This document shows, piece after piece, positions 10,406 to 19,797 of a stretch of DNA of 53,415 bases. Location of the stretch: IMG/VR virus record IMGVR_UViG_3300032087_000658, positions 1 to 53,415 of that record; one strand, 5' to 3'. Source of the DNA: a virus (Duplodnaviria; Caudoviricetes). Within the stretch, counting starts at the first letter, position 1; every line of letters starts with the position of its first letter. The notes beneath the pieces were generated by a model. It made no database searches. It saw nothing but the letters and a program-made list of their open reading frames with translations, and was not told the origin of the DNA. A program made the position numbers and the translations under genes.

Positions 10406-11221
10406 CTAGTCTAGCACAACATCTTGTTCATCTGCATAAATTATTACGCATCTGCAATTAACAACGTTTCTTGCACCGCCTTTGGAATCACCTGCATATT
10501 CCATTGCTGCACCACCAATTATAAAGTTTTCGTCCATATCTACTGTTTGTCCATTTGCACTTGCATGAGCTGGTCTTGTTCTAGCATCACTTGTAGCAAC
10601 CCATTTTTTAACCATTTTTATTCCTAAATCTTGTTGTGTTTTTTTAAAATATGAGTGATTGCTAAAACTAGCTGCATTATGTGTTTCTGTTCTTGCAATT
10701 AAAGCAGCACGAGATTTGCTAATAGGTAAAAATTTTGTGCTTAATAATTTAGCTATTTGTGGCAATGTTAAATTATCTGCACGAGCTTCTTTTATAACTT
10801 TATCAATTCTATTTGCTAAACGCACACTTATTCCAGAAAGTATAAGTTGTCTGCTGTTAAAATAGTTGTTTACTACTTCTTCAAAATCAATGCTTCTACC
10901 AAATACAAAAGCTTCTTGTTTTTCCGTATTATATTTACTTTCATTATATTTATAGATTGTTAAAAATACTCTTTTGTAATGATTTAACATTAGTGGCATT
11001 AAATCTTCATTTAGTGATTGTGCTGCTATGTCTGCATTGTAAATACCAAATTCTTTATAAAGAAAAAGTTGCGTATTCAAAAACTTTCTAAATAACGTGC
11101 TTAGTCTTTTATAAAATCTTTTTTCTAAATTATTTCTAAGTATAAGTTGTTGTCTTGCTTCACGTCTTGCATTGATACGCCCAACTCTTAATGTATTAAA
11201 TCTTTTCTGATTTAGTTTCAT
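10406..11221 (-). CDS. Head morphogenesis protein (Mu gpF / SPP1 gp7 family)
   Basis: RAALIARTE, KKWVATSDARTRPAH, NCRC motifs. Confidence 0.92.
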   Translation of the reverse strand: MKLNQKRFNTLRVGRINARREARQQLILRNNLEKRFYKRLSTLFRKFLNTQLFLYKEFGIYNADIAAQSLNEDLMPLMLNHYKRVFLTIYKYNESKYNTEKQEAFVFGRSIDFEEVVNNYFNSRQLILSGISVRLANRIDKVIKEARADNLTLPQIAKLLSTKFLPISKSRAALIARTETHNAASFSNHSYFKKTQQDLGIKMVKKWVATSDARTRPAHASANGQTVDMDENFIIGGAAMEYAGDSKGGARNVVNCRCVIIYADEQDVVLD

Positions 11222-13248
11222 TTGCTAGATAATGGGTGTCCCTCAGGAAATAAATCTGTATCGTGTTTACCACCTCTAAACTTACCTGATGATAATGCAC
11301 GTAAGAAACTGTTAACACGTGCATATGCCCATTGGTCAGGACCAGTAACATTAGGTCTTACTGATTGTGGGTTTGTTCTGTATGCACCAACACCTCTACG
11401 GAATACAGCTTCTAACATTCTTAATGTTGCTCTTTTAGTTTTGCTGTTTCCATGTTTTTCATTATGGTCTTCAACTTTTTTCTTTAATGCTTCTTTAACT
11501 TTGCCTGATAAAGCCTTAACATCTAAATCAAGGTCATCTATTTCTATATGTGTTTGTAGTGCAAACTCTTTATCTTCTTCAGTGATAATTTGTTGTCTTT
11601 TCTTTTTAGACCAACTAAATCCTGCATCACCACCCCACAAAGCCCATGCAATTCTTCCTGCACTTGGATAACCTTTTTCACCTTGACTAAATCCTTCTGC
11701 TCTTTTGTCTACCTCATGTCTGCTAAAAAAACTATACATTCTTTTAATAGTAGATATAGATAAGTTTTCTTTTGCTATGATTGAGTTTGCTCTAGCTACA
11801 CCAACAGCAGTACCACCCCTGTTGTGTTCTTTACGCCATGCTAAACCACGTTTTGCTTCTGTAACCATTCCGTCTGTAGGTACAGTGTTAATATCAGATA
11901 GTGCTTTTTCTTCTTGTAATAAAAACTCTATTTCCTTATCAACTTCTTCTTCATCATAATCTTCTAAATCTTCTTCATTGACTGGGTTTTCAGGTTTAGC
12001 TACACCATCATCACCAAGTGGGAATAATGTACCTGATATATATAAATCATCTGCACCTTGCACTGGTTCTAAACCAATTATTGCTCTAGCTTCATTACGA
12101 GTCATTATCCCTTCACGTACAGCACTTGTAACGTTTTCATATATCTTTCTACGTCTTTCTGATAATGCTGGTATTGAATCTACGTCAAATTCTAGTGATA
12201 ACCTTTCATCAAACATAGGTATAAGCCATTCATTGAGATCACTGGCTATTTTTCTTAAATGTGGAATGATTGTTTCTTCATATAGAGCAAGTCTTGCTTC
12301 TGCTACATTTGAATAGGTTTGTGAATCAGGTACACCAACTAATTGACTTGGTACACCAAAACATAAAGCTATATCTGTAGCACTCATATTTTTTAAATTT
12401 AGAAAATCCATATCTTTTGGCGATAAACCCATCTCTTTCCAATCAAAGTCACCTTCTAACAACATAGGTCTACCAGCATTACCAGCACCACTAAATCTAT
12501 TGTTTAAATCTGTGAGTAACTGTTGTCTTTGTGATTCTGACAGGTTAACAGCAAATCCTGCATCATCTTGTGGTTTAAATATTACAGCACCACTAGGTCT
12601 TGCACCATTTTGTAATAAGTTAACATTGTGTTTACTTGACATATTAAACTGGTCTATTTCAACAGCAGCAGCACTCATGGGACTTAATCCATAATAATCA
12701 TCTAACGGATTCCATAACTTCACATGTTTTAATTCACTAAAACCATTATCTTGGTCTACTAAAAATGTTTGATGTACCTTACCATTAATTATGTATTCGT
12801 ACTTTTCAGGTATTGGATTGCCACCACCTTTAATATTAATTCTGTCAGGTCTTAATTGATGTAATTCTTTTGGTTGTCCTAACTCACTTCCTACTTTAAG
12901 AATGTATGCATTACCACTAAGAAGCACATAACCAAATAGGGAATTAAAAAACTCTGAGTAGGATTGTAAAGGATTGGGTCTGTTAAGTAGGTCAATAAGT
13001 GGGTGTTGTTCAATTATTTGGTCTCCTGCTTTTATAATGAATGGTACAGCACTTGCACCTTTTGATATTTCATTAACACATCTGTATACAATTGCATTTT
13101 TTAAATAACCCTCTTTTGCTAAGTCCTGATATTTATAAGTTTTTGCTTCTTCAGTACCAACGCCAAAGTAACCCATCATATTTGAGTTTTTTTGTTCTTG
13201 TACAGGTTGTATATTAAACAGTCTTTGTAAAAATGTTTGTTGTGCCAT
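11218..13248 (-). CDS. HK97-family portal protein with about 230-aa C-terminal extension
   Basis: LLNRPNP, GNAY, YGLSP, NGARPSG, FGVP, TYSN, MTRNEAR motifs. Confidence 0.95.
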   Translation of the reverse strand: MAQQTFLQRLFNIQPVQEQKNSNMMGYFGVGTEEAKTYKYQDLAKEGYLKNAIVYRCVNEISKGASAVPFIIKAGDQIIEQHPLIDLLNRPNPLQSYSEFFNSLFGYVLLSGNAYILKVGSELGQPKELHQLRPDRINIKGGGNPIPEKYEYIINGKVHQTFLVDQDNGFSELKHVKLWNPLDDYYGLSPMSAAAVEIDQFNMSSKHNVNLLQNGARPSGAVIFKPQDDAGFAVNLSESQRQQLLTDLNNRFSGAGNAGRPMLLEGDFDWKEMGLSPKDMDFLNLKNMSATDIALCFGVPSQLVGVPDSQTYSNVAEARLALYEETIIPHLRKIASDLNEWLIPMFDERLSLEFDVDSIPALSERRRKIYENVTSAVREGIMTRNEARAIIGLEPVQGADDLYISGTLFPLGDDGVAKPENPVNEEDLEDYDEEEVDKEIEFLLQEEKALSDINTVPTDGMVTEAKRGLAWRKEHNRGGTAVGVARANSIIAKENLSISTIKRMYSFFSRHEVDKRAEGFSQGEKGYPSAGRIAWALWGGDAGFSWSKKKRQQIITEEDKEFALQTHIEIDDLDLDVKALSGKVKEALKKKVEDHNEKHGNSKTKRATLRMLEAVFRRGVGAYRTNPQSVRPNVTGPDQWAYARVNSFLRALSSGKFRGGKHDTDLFPEGHPLSSK

Positions 13249-14552
13249 TAGCTTATTCTCCAGTTAACTTGTCCTCTAGACTTGCTTAGTTCAGTAAGAC
13301 CCCAAACTAAAGCATCAAGTCTATCTGGACTTGGCTTTGGTCGTTCCCCAGTGTAAGTAGTCATTTGTGACTCTAACTCTGCAAAATAACCAACATGATG
13401 AACTCGCCTTTGCTCATATAATGCTGCTATAGGTTCTGCTCTAACCAGTTTACCTCTAGTAGCTGTAACTGACTTATAAGGAACGTTTGCATCAATAGTT
13501 CTTAAAAGTCTTTCCACCAAATCACCGCCATTGTTAGTTTCAGCAATTATTCTGTCAGCATCCCATTCATAAAATGCTTTTACAGCTATCTTACACCATT
13601 TATCAGCAGAATACTTGCCTGATATATCTTCTAATACATAATACTCGTTATTTGCATCTTTACCAACTACAACTATACCTGTTTCATCAGAGTCATCATT
13701 ATGTGTTACAGCTGGGTCAAGTGCGACTATTATTTGTGTAAGTTCTTTATTTGTATCTTTTGGAAGTCGTGATTCTTCAATCATTGCATTAGTCCATAAT
13801 GCACCCTCTAACATATCTATAACTTCTGCGTATAGTTCTTGTCTACCTAATGTAGTGCCTTCATATTTTTCTTTTAACATTTGTAGAGCAGATGCAGCTA
13901 GATTTGCTTCATTTTCAAAAGTGCTACCTGTTGTCACATGACAATCATTTCTTTCTATTAATTGTTTTATTATGGGTGTTGGCTTGGGTGTTGTTGTAAT
14001 AATGCATTGTGGGTTGTCTCCAAGCCTTAAACCAAACATTAATTGGTCAAATGTTTCAGGGTATCTCCATGCAGCTAACTCATCACACCATGCTCTATGA
14101 AACTGCGGACCCCTCAATCTATCAGGTTCTATAGCAGCAAATCCCATTATCTTACTGCCATTGGCTAATCTTATTTCTGCAGAGTTTTCACTGTAATGTT
14201 TTCTACCTCTACTTACTTGATAACATTCTTCAGGAATTATTGAAATTAATCCACTGGGACCACCAAAACAAACTCTACGGAGATCACCAAAAGTTGGTGC
14301 AACTACAGCACATATTGTGTCGCGATTTGTTAATGCATAATGTGCAATGTCCTGAGCACCAGTTCTAGTTTTACCCCAACCACGACCAGCAAGTATTAAC
14401 CATATATGAAATGGAACTTTAGGTGTTCTTTGTTTTTTTCTAGCTGTGCCTAACCACTCAGTGTATAGCTGAAGAGTCTTCTTCTCCGATATCTTCGGCG
14501 AGTCTATCCAATCGTTCCAAAGCTCGTCTGAAACTTTCGCTGTCTTTGACAT
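13248..14552 (-). CDS. terL: Terminase large subunit
   Basis: Walker A AGRGWGKT, LRGPQF, Walker B WCDE, TTTP, nuclease ALDPA and SPDRLDA. Confidence 0.97.
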   Translation of the reverse strand: MSKTAKVSDELWNDWIDSPKISEKKTLQLYTEWLGTARKKQRTPKVPFHIWLILAGRGWGKTRTGAQDIAHYALTNRDTICAVVAPTFGDLRRVCFGGPSGLISIIPEECYQVSRGRKHYSENSAEIRLANGSKIMGFAAIEPDRLRGPQFHRAWCDELAAWRYPETFDQLMFGLRLGDNPQCIITTTPKPTPIIKQLIERNDCHVTTGSTFENEANLAASALQMLKEKYEGTTLGRQELYAEVIDMLEGALWTNAMIEESRLPKDTNKELTQIIVALDPAVTHNDDSDETGIVVVGKDANNEYYVLEDISGKYSADKWCKIAVKAFYEWDADRIIAETNNGGDLVERLLRTIDANVPYKSVTATRGKLVRAEPIAALYEQRRVHHVGYFAELESQMTTYTGERPKPSPDRLDALVWGLTELSKSRGQVNWRIS

Positions 14553-15015
14553 TAGTATTTATATCCATATTATCAGTGGCTTCACCAAGTGCTAACTTAG
14601 CAATTCTTTGTGCGTTAGTAGCAGCACTAGATAAAGCAACTAGGTTCTGAGGTTTAACATCTGCATCAGGTGCAGCGTTTTTACTTATCACTTTTCCAAC
14701 TTGTCCCATTATACCTTTAGCTATAGCAAGACATGATTTATCAAAACTAATACTTTCTTGTACAAGTTCTTTTTTTCTTCTAGCATCTAATTCAATTAAA
14801 TAACTATCTTGAAACCTTTTTTGCTGCATAACCCAATCATCTTTTTTTGCATGTTTATACAATGTTGGTTTTGCTACGTTATAGTCATCAGCTAATTGGT
14901 CTATAGTAAATAACTTACGACCCCCTGTATTTGCTTCTATTCCTTGCACAAACTTATTTCTTATCTCTTCTAATAAAGTTGGGGTTAGCTTTGTAAAGTT
15001 TGATTTTTTAACCAT
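14458..15015 (-). CDS. Putative terminase small subunit
   Basis: Upstream of and overlapping terL; N-terminal HTH-like segment (TIDQLADDYNVAKPTLYK). Confidence 0.7.
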   Translation of the reverse strand: MVKKSNFTKLTPTLLEEIRNKFVQGIEANTGGRKLFTIDQLADDYNVAKPTLYKHAKKDDWVMQQKRFQDSYLIELDARRKKELVQESISFDKSCLAIAKGIMGQVGKVISKNAAPDADVKPQNLVALSSAATNAQRIAKLALGEATDNMDINTNVKDSESFRRALERLDRLAEDIGEEDSSAIH

Positions 15016-15102
15016 TTTTTATATCTAATTATCGTTATTCTGTCTTTTTTAGCCCTAAAAGTAAAGAAAACAGCACAAAAAGGGCATTATTTTGTATATT
15101 AA

Positions 15103-15133
15103 TGTTTACAAATGTAAACAAATTAGCGATAAT
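15103..15133 (+). promoter_or_regulatory. Sigma70-type promoter overlapped by a palindromic operator
   Basis: TTTACA-17-GATAAT; perfect inverted repeat TGTTTACA-AA-TGTAAACA at 15103-15120. Confidence 0.7.
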
Positions 15134-15168
15134 AGTTGTGTTAAGTAAATAATTATAAGGAGAAAAAA

Positions 15169-16206
15169 TTGAATAACTTAAACAACAACTACCCAACACT
15201 AACAAATAGAACATTTGGTCTTGAGTTAGAATTCGTTGGAGTATCACCTAGAACTGTAGCAGAGACTATCAACAACCTTGATGGTATTGAGTGTTACTTT
15301 GAAGGGTATCATCATACTACTAGACCATATTGGAAGATTGTTACAGATGCTTCTTTAGATGGAACTGGTGGTGAAATCGTTAGTCCAATACTAAAAGGTG
15401 TTGAGGGTGCTAAGCAATTAGAAACTATACTTAATGCCTTAGATAACTTAGAAGGTATTAGGGTTAATGTTCAATGCGGTTTGCATGTTCACCTTGATGT
15501 TAATGATCTCACAGTTGCAGAGATACAATCTGTTTATGAGAGATACGCTGACTATGAAAGCCAAATTGATATGGTTATGCCTAGAAGTCGTAGAGGTAAT
15601 AATTCTAGATGGTGTGCAAGTGTTACTAACACAGCTGGTAGAATCAAAAATGTAAGAGGTAGAACTAAATCTGCTCTTGCAAATGCAGCTGGTAGATATT
15701 ACAAAGTAAATTTACAAAGTCTAACTAGATACGGAACAATGGAGTTCAGACAACACAGTGGTACTCTTAACTTTGACAAGATTATTAACTGGGTTAGCTT
15801 CTTAATGGCTTTTGTTGAAAAAAGTGCAAAGCTTTCAAATCAAGTTAAAACTCCTAAAACAAACAGAGTTTACTCAACAGTAAGAAATGCAGTTGAAAAT
15901 GCTGGTTATACAATGGAGTGGAACAGAGGACATAACATTTGGACTGTAGAGAAAAATAACGAACATTTTGCTGCTTTTTCAAATCATACTTTAAACAGAC
16001 TATACAGCGGTAGCAGAGAGTCTAGCATTGACTTAAACATGTTGGTTGACCTTTTGATTGATAGAGGAATTTTAGATTGTGCATCACAAGCTAACTTCCA
16101 AAAACCAGTTGTTGTAGAAAGCAATGAGGTTGATAACGGATGGTTAGATGGTTGTGATAACAAAGTGCAGACATTTTACCAAGAAAGAGAATTAGAATTA
16201 AATTAA
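15169..16206 (+). CDS. Putative amidoligase (COOH-NH2 ligase type 2)
   Basis: TFGLELEF, WKIVTDASL, EIVSPIL, CGLHVH, RYYKVN, TMEFRQHSGT motifs; TTG start after AGGAG. Confidence 0.9.
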   Translation: MNNLNNNYPTLTNRTFGLELEFVGVSPRTVAETINNLDGIECYFEGYHHTTRPYWKIVTDASLDGTGGEIVSPILKGVEGAKQLETILNALDNLEGIRVNVQCGLHVHLDVNDLTVAEIQSVYERYADYESQIDMVMPRSRRGNNSRWCASVTNTAGRIKNVRGRTKSALANAAGRYYKVNLQSLTRYGTMEFRQHSGTLNFDKIINWVSFLMAFVEKSAKLSNQVKTPKTNRVYSTVRNAVENAGYTMEWNRGHNIWTVEKNNEHFAAFSNHTLNRLYSGSRESSIDLNMLVDLLIDRGILDCASQANFQKPVVVESNEVDNGWLDGCDNKVQTFYQERELELN

Positions 16207-16220
16207 TATAAGGAGATAAT

Positions 16221-16703
16221 ATGAAAAAGAATATTCTAAAAATGAAACAGAAGCCTACAAAAAACATGCAGTATTTGTATGGTGCTTATGGTAGCAACAT
16301 GAACCTCATGCAAATGTCTACTAGATGCCCACATGCAAAACCAGTTGGCAGTGTTTTTGTAGAAGGCTTTGCATTGAAGTTTAGAGGTGTTGCTGATATT
16401 GAACACACTAAAGAATCAAGAGTGCCACTTGCTTTATGGCAGATTACAGATGCTTGTGAAGCTAGGCTAGATATATATGAGGGGTTTCCTAGTTTATATC
16501 GTAAACAAATTCTACAGATACCAGCTTTAAAAAATAAGTTTGGTACTGACAGGGTAATGGTTTACATTATGAACAGCAAAGATGTTTATCCACCATCTAG
16601 CCGATACTTAGAAGGTATTGCACAAGGTTACAATGACTTTGGTATTGATACTGATACTTTAATGTACGCAGTCAAAGATTCGTATAGTCAAACTAACATA
16701 TAA
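16221..16703 (+). CDS. Gamma-glutamylcyclotransferase (AIG2-like)
   Basis: YGAYGSNM, LDIYEG, PPSSRY motifs; next to the amidoligase. Confidence 0.9.
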   Translation: MKKNILKMKQKPTKNMQYLYGAYGSNMNLMQMSTRCPHAKPVGSVFVEGFALKFRGVADIEHTKESRVPLALWQITDACEARLDIYEGFPSLYRKQILQIPALKNKFGTDRVMVYIMNSKDVYPPSSRYLEGIAQGYNDFGIDTDTLMYAVKDSYSQTNI

Positions 16704-16710
16704 AAGATAT

Positions 16711-16745
16711 AGCCTTTCATGATCTCCAGTTGTGAAAGGCTTTAT
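16711..16745 (+). terminator. Terminator-like hairpin with TCTCCAG loop
   Basis: AGCCTTTCA/TGAAAGGCT stem extended by two G-U pairs, followed by a short T tract. Confidence 0.7.
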
Positions 16746-16784
16746 GCGTTGTAAGGAATCGTAATTTACCCTATAGCAAAGGTA

Positions 16785-16910
16785 TTAACCACCTTTAGAT
16801 AATGCCTTCAGCGGCTTGTCAGTGCGTTGTTTTTTTGTTTTTTTACCCTTTTTTGCTTGTTTTGTGACTATTGGCGTCCATTTAGCTGCTATAACAAAAC
16901 CACTAAACAC
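16785..16910 (-). CDS. Possible 41-aa basic peptide (MFSGFVIAAKWTPIVTKQAKKGKK...)
   Basis: Hand-translated GTG ORF right after the ParB-like gene stop; no SD. Confidence 0.3.
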   Translation of the reverse strand: MFSGFVIAAKWTPIVTKQAKKGKKTKKQRTDKPLKALSKGG

Positions 16911-16912
16911 TA

Positions 16913-17728
16913 CTAATCAGATGTTATTTGATTACACATAAACAAAAGTTTTTCAGCTGGATTTTCTCCTAAAGCAGTTTTAACAGTATCAGCTTCTTCT
17001 CCACTAAAAACTAAATTTAATCTATAGAAGTTAGCTTCTTTGACTGCCATTTTTCTTTCTTCTTCTGTTTTAGCTGCTGCAACTATTGCTTCTACTTGTC
17101 TTTGTTTGTTAAGTGCTTCAACTGTCAAAGACTTAACCATGATACCATCATTTGTTTTATGTTCTACACCAGCAACACCATCTTCTGAACTATCATTATC
17201 AGAAGGTATCCAAGCACCACTCCATTCTTCAGCTGCCATAGCTTCAGGTGCAGGTATATCTTCTAACATTCTTTGCAGTTCTAAATCGTCCATCATTAAA
17301 GAATCTTGAGCCCAGTCTAATGCACCTAATGATTCAAGATCTCGTAATACATTTGCAGTTAGCTCAATATCTTCTGAACCTCTTGCTCTGTTATGTCGTA
17401 GTGTTGCGATTCTTGCCTGTTCCATAGTCATAGGAGTTACTACAATAGGTATTTCTTTATATCCAAGTTCCTTAGAACAACGCCATCTATGCTCACCATC
17501 TACAATTCTAAACATGCCTTTTTGTTCTTCATGCTCTACACATACAATAGGTTGTGTGAATCCATCTTCAGTCATAGACCTTTTTAACAATTCAAACTCA
17601 TCTTCTGATTGTCTGTTTGGGTTGTATGTATTTGGAACTATTTTATCGTGTGTGATGTATTGAACATCTAGTGCTTTTAGAACTGCGTTCTTTTTTTCAA
17701 CTTGTGCCTTACCTTTAAATTTTGCCAT
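16913..17728 (-). CDS. ParB/Srx-domain protein (IbrB-like)
   Basis: PNTYNPN, DGFTQPIV, IVDGEHRW, ATLRHNRARG motifs. Confidence 0.9.
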   Translation of the reverse strand: MAKFKGKAQVEKKNAVLKALDVQYITHDKIVPNTYNPNRQSEDEFELLKRSMTEDGFTQPIVCVEHEEQKGMFRIVDGEHRWRCSKELGYKEIPIVVTPMTMEQARIATLRHNRARGSEDIELTANVLRDLESLGALDWAQDSLMMDDLELQRMLEDIPAPEAMAAEEWSGAWIPSDNDSSEDGVAGVEHKTNDGIMVKSLTVEALNKQRQVEAIVAAAKTEEERKMAVKEANFYRLNLVFSGEEADTVKTALGENPAEKLLFMCNQITSD

Positions 17729-18005
17729 CTGACTCTATCCTCGCTTTGTTTATAACTGGTTCCATATACCAGTATTTATATTTACCTAAATACAAATAAA
17801 CACAAGGATAGGTTCTACCATTATGATTAGTGTATTCTTCCTCTACGCCATGTAATTCTATCATGCGTTTTAAAATTTCGTAAAGATATGGTTGTTCTTT
17901 ATATCTGATATACCAATGTGGTGCAAACTTTGCATAGCTTTTTGCCCAAATCCATTTCACTGAATTACAATGTTCTTCAAGACTTTTCCAGTCTACTTTT
18001 GACAT
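17715..18005 (-). CDS. Hypothetical aromatic-rich protein
   Basis: WIWAKSYAKFAPHWY...YKYWYM...INKA; overlaps both neighbours. Confidence 0.7.
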   Translation of the reverse strand: MSKVDWKSLEEHCNSVKWIWAKSYAKFAPHWYIRYKEQPYLYEILKRMIELHGVEEEYTNHNGRTYPCVYLYLGKYKYWYMEPVINKARIESDGKI

Positions 18006-19138
18006 TAGAAAGTTGGTTTACCACCCCAGTAACCAGCACCTTTTCTAAACTCTTCAGGTTCCATATATTTGAGAATATTACATTTAAGTGCAAAAGGGTC
18101 ACCGTTCCAAAGTGCCATAGCTAGTTTTTTATAAGAACCAATTGGGTTGGCTCGTAAAGAATTTATTTGTGGAAAGGGTATACCTCCGTTTGCTCTTATG
18201 TGTGCTTCTAGTTGTTTCTTGTAAACAAACTCTGCTCTTTCTGCAATCCAATCAGGTGCTTCATCTATACATTCTCTTTTAAAACATTGTTCCCATGTTT
18301 CACCACTTCTTCTACTTGGTTGACATGATATTTTTCCAAATTGTGTAACTGTCCTGATGCCATCAAGTCTATGACATACTTTGTCAAACCATTGAGGCCA
18401 TGCCTTTTGTGCTAGTTGTAGGTCAGGAATACCAGCTGTTGTCATTGTTAGTGGTGCAATCCTTAATTTATTTTTTGATCTCCCATGCTTTACCATCACA
18501 TCATATGCGTGATTATAATCCCATTGAAAATCTTGGATAGCTTTCCATATATCACCATCAGTCCAATCATAGATAGGTCTCACATATTTTGTACCTCTAT
18601 CATTTGGTTTTGTAATATGTCCTTTACTAGAAAATAAACCCATTCTTCTATTAGGACTTTCTTGCACTCTTAGACCGATACATGCAAACAAGTCTTTTCC
18701 TTCAGCTACTGGAAACCTTTCTTTTGTAACTAAAGCGTTTATGTTTTTTTCTTCTATCTGATAAGCATATTCAGGTGGTTGTCTGACCCATTCTTCTCTT
18801 GGTACTTGCTCATCAAAAATCCACCAGTAGGGATTTTTTCTATTAAAGACGTTTACCACTGGTTGTCCTGCCCAAACATGATGCATATTAACTTCAGGTC
18901 TATTGGCTACTCTATCTAAATATTCATATGTGTTTGGAAATAATATTTCTTCGTCACGATGTATGACATTTATAGGTAATTTACCAGCAGCATCAGCTGC
19001 CATGATTGCTAATTCCATACATACAGTAGAGTCTTTACCTCCACTTTGCGAGATCACAATTGTATGGTCTTGTTCATATAATTCTTGCAGTCTATTTAAA
19101 GCTGCATCAAATACGTTCATGTTAAGATTTAATTTCAT
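18005..19138 (-). CDS. PAPS-reductase / PP-loop family protein (IbrA-like)
   Basis: NVFDAALNRL, SQSGGKDS PP-loop, DEE, GLRVQESPNR, PIYDWTDGDIW, YNHAYD motifs. Confidence 0.9.
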   Translation of the reverse strand: MKLNLNMNVFDAALNRLQELYEQDHTIVISQSGGKDSTVCMELAIMAADAAGKLPINVIHRDEEILFPNTYEYLDRVANRPEVNMHHVWAGQPVVNVFNRKNPYWWIFDEQVPREEWVRQPPEYAYQIEEKNINALVTKERFPVAEGKDLFACIGLRVQESPNRRMGLFSSKGHITKPNDRGTKYVRPIYDWTDGDIWKAIQDFQWDYNHAYDVMVKHGRSKNKLRIAPLTMTTAGIPDLQLAQKAWPQWFDKVCHRLDGIRTVTQFGKISCQPSRRSGETWEQCFKRECIDEAPDWIAERAEFVYKKQLEAHIRANGGIPFPQINSLRANPIGSYKKLAMALWNGDPFALKCNILKYMEPEEFRKGAGYWGGKPTF

Positions 19139-19797
19139 TTTTGAGCCATCACAAAATAATATTTAGCATCTGCTAAAAGATGTCGTTTATTTAAGAGTTC
19201 TTTTGTCATTGTTTGTACATCTGCACTATCTTCAATATTTGCTATTCCTAGAATATAATACCAGTCAAATCCATTTTTCTCCAGTTCATTACAAATTTCT
19301 GAATATTTGTAAGTCATTGGCTCAAAATCTATTCCATTTTTTTCAAAACAATGCAGTTTTTTATAAGGACCATCTGAGTTTATAAAAGTAGAAACAAACA
19401 TACCTTTGTCATTTAAAAGGTCTACTGATTTTTTAATCATAGATGTGCCAAAAACATCTGTAACTGCAAACAATGCAACACAAAAATCATACTTGGCTTT
19501 ATGATTAAATATGTCACCATGTATAAACGTGTATTTATTATTTTTATTTTTAGCAATTTTCATCATGCCTTTTGATATATCTACACCTACATAATTTTCT
19601 ACATCTATATTAATTAGGTCTAAAAGCAACCCAGTACCGCAACCACAATCAATAAGACTTCCCAATCCTTGATAGGGCATCATTTCTTTTATAAAAGCAT
19701 TTTCTGCTTCTACTTGTTTGCCTACTCTTTCATCTGCATAATCATTTTCATAATCATTAGCAATTGAGTCATATATTTTTTCTACATCTATTGTCAT
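19135..19797 (-). CDS. Class I SAM-dependent methyltransferase
   Basis: IDCGCGTG, GVDISKGM motifs; no DPPY or PC motif of classical DNA MTases. Confidence 0.9.
   Translation of the reverse strand: MTIDVEKIYDSIANDYENDYADERVGKQVEAENAFIKEMMPYQGLGSLIDCGCGTGLLLDLINIDVENYVGVDISKGMMKIAKNKNNKYTFIHGDIFNHKAKYDFCVALFAVTDVFGTSMIKKSVDLLNDKGMFVSTFINSDGPYKKLHCFEKNGIDFEPMTYKYSEICNELEKNGFDWYYILGIANIEDSADVQTMTKELLNKRHLLADAKYYFVMAQK

Noticed and set aside
15035-15247. 70-aa hydrophobic minus-strand ORF
   Set aside because: Spans the AT-rich promoter region and overlaps the amidoligase start; no SD
16913-17728. ParB as a plasmid-prophage partition system
   Set aside because: No ParA; motifs and neighbour match the IbrB type
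18005-19138. PAPS reductase as a sulfur-assimilation auxiliary metabolic gene (cysH)
   Set aside because: Lacks the C-terminal ECGLH motif of CysH and is paired with an IbrB-like gene
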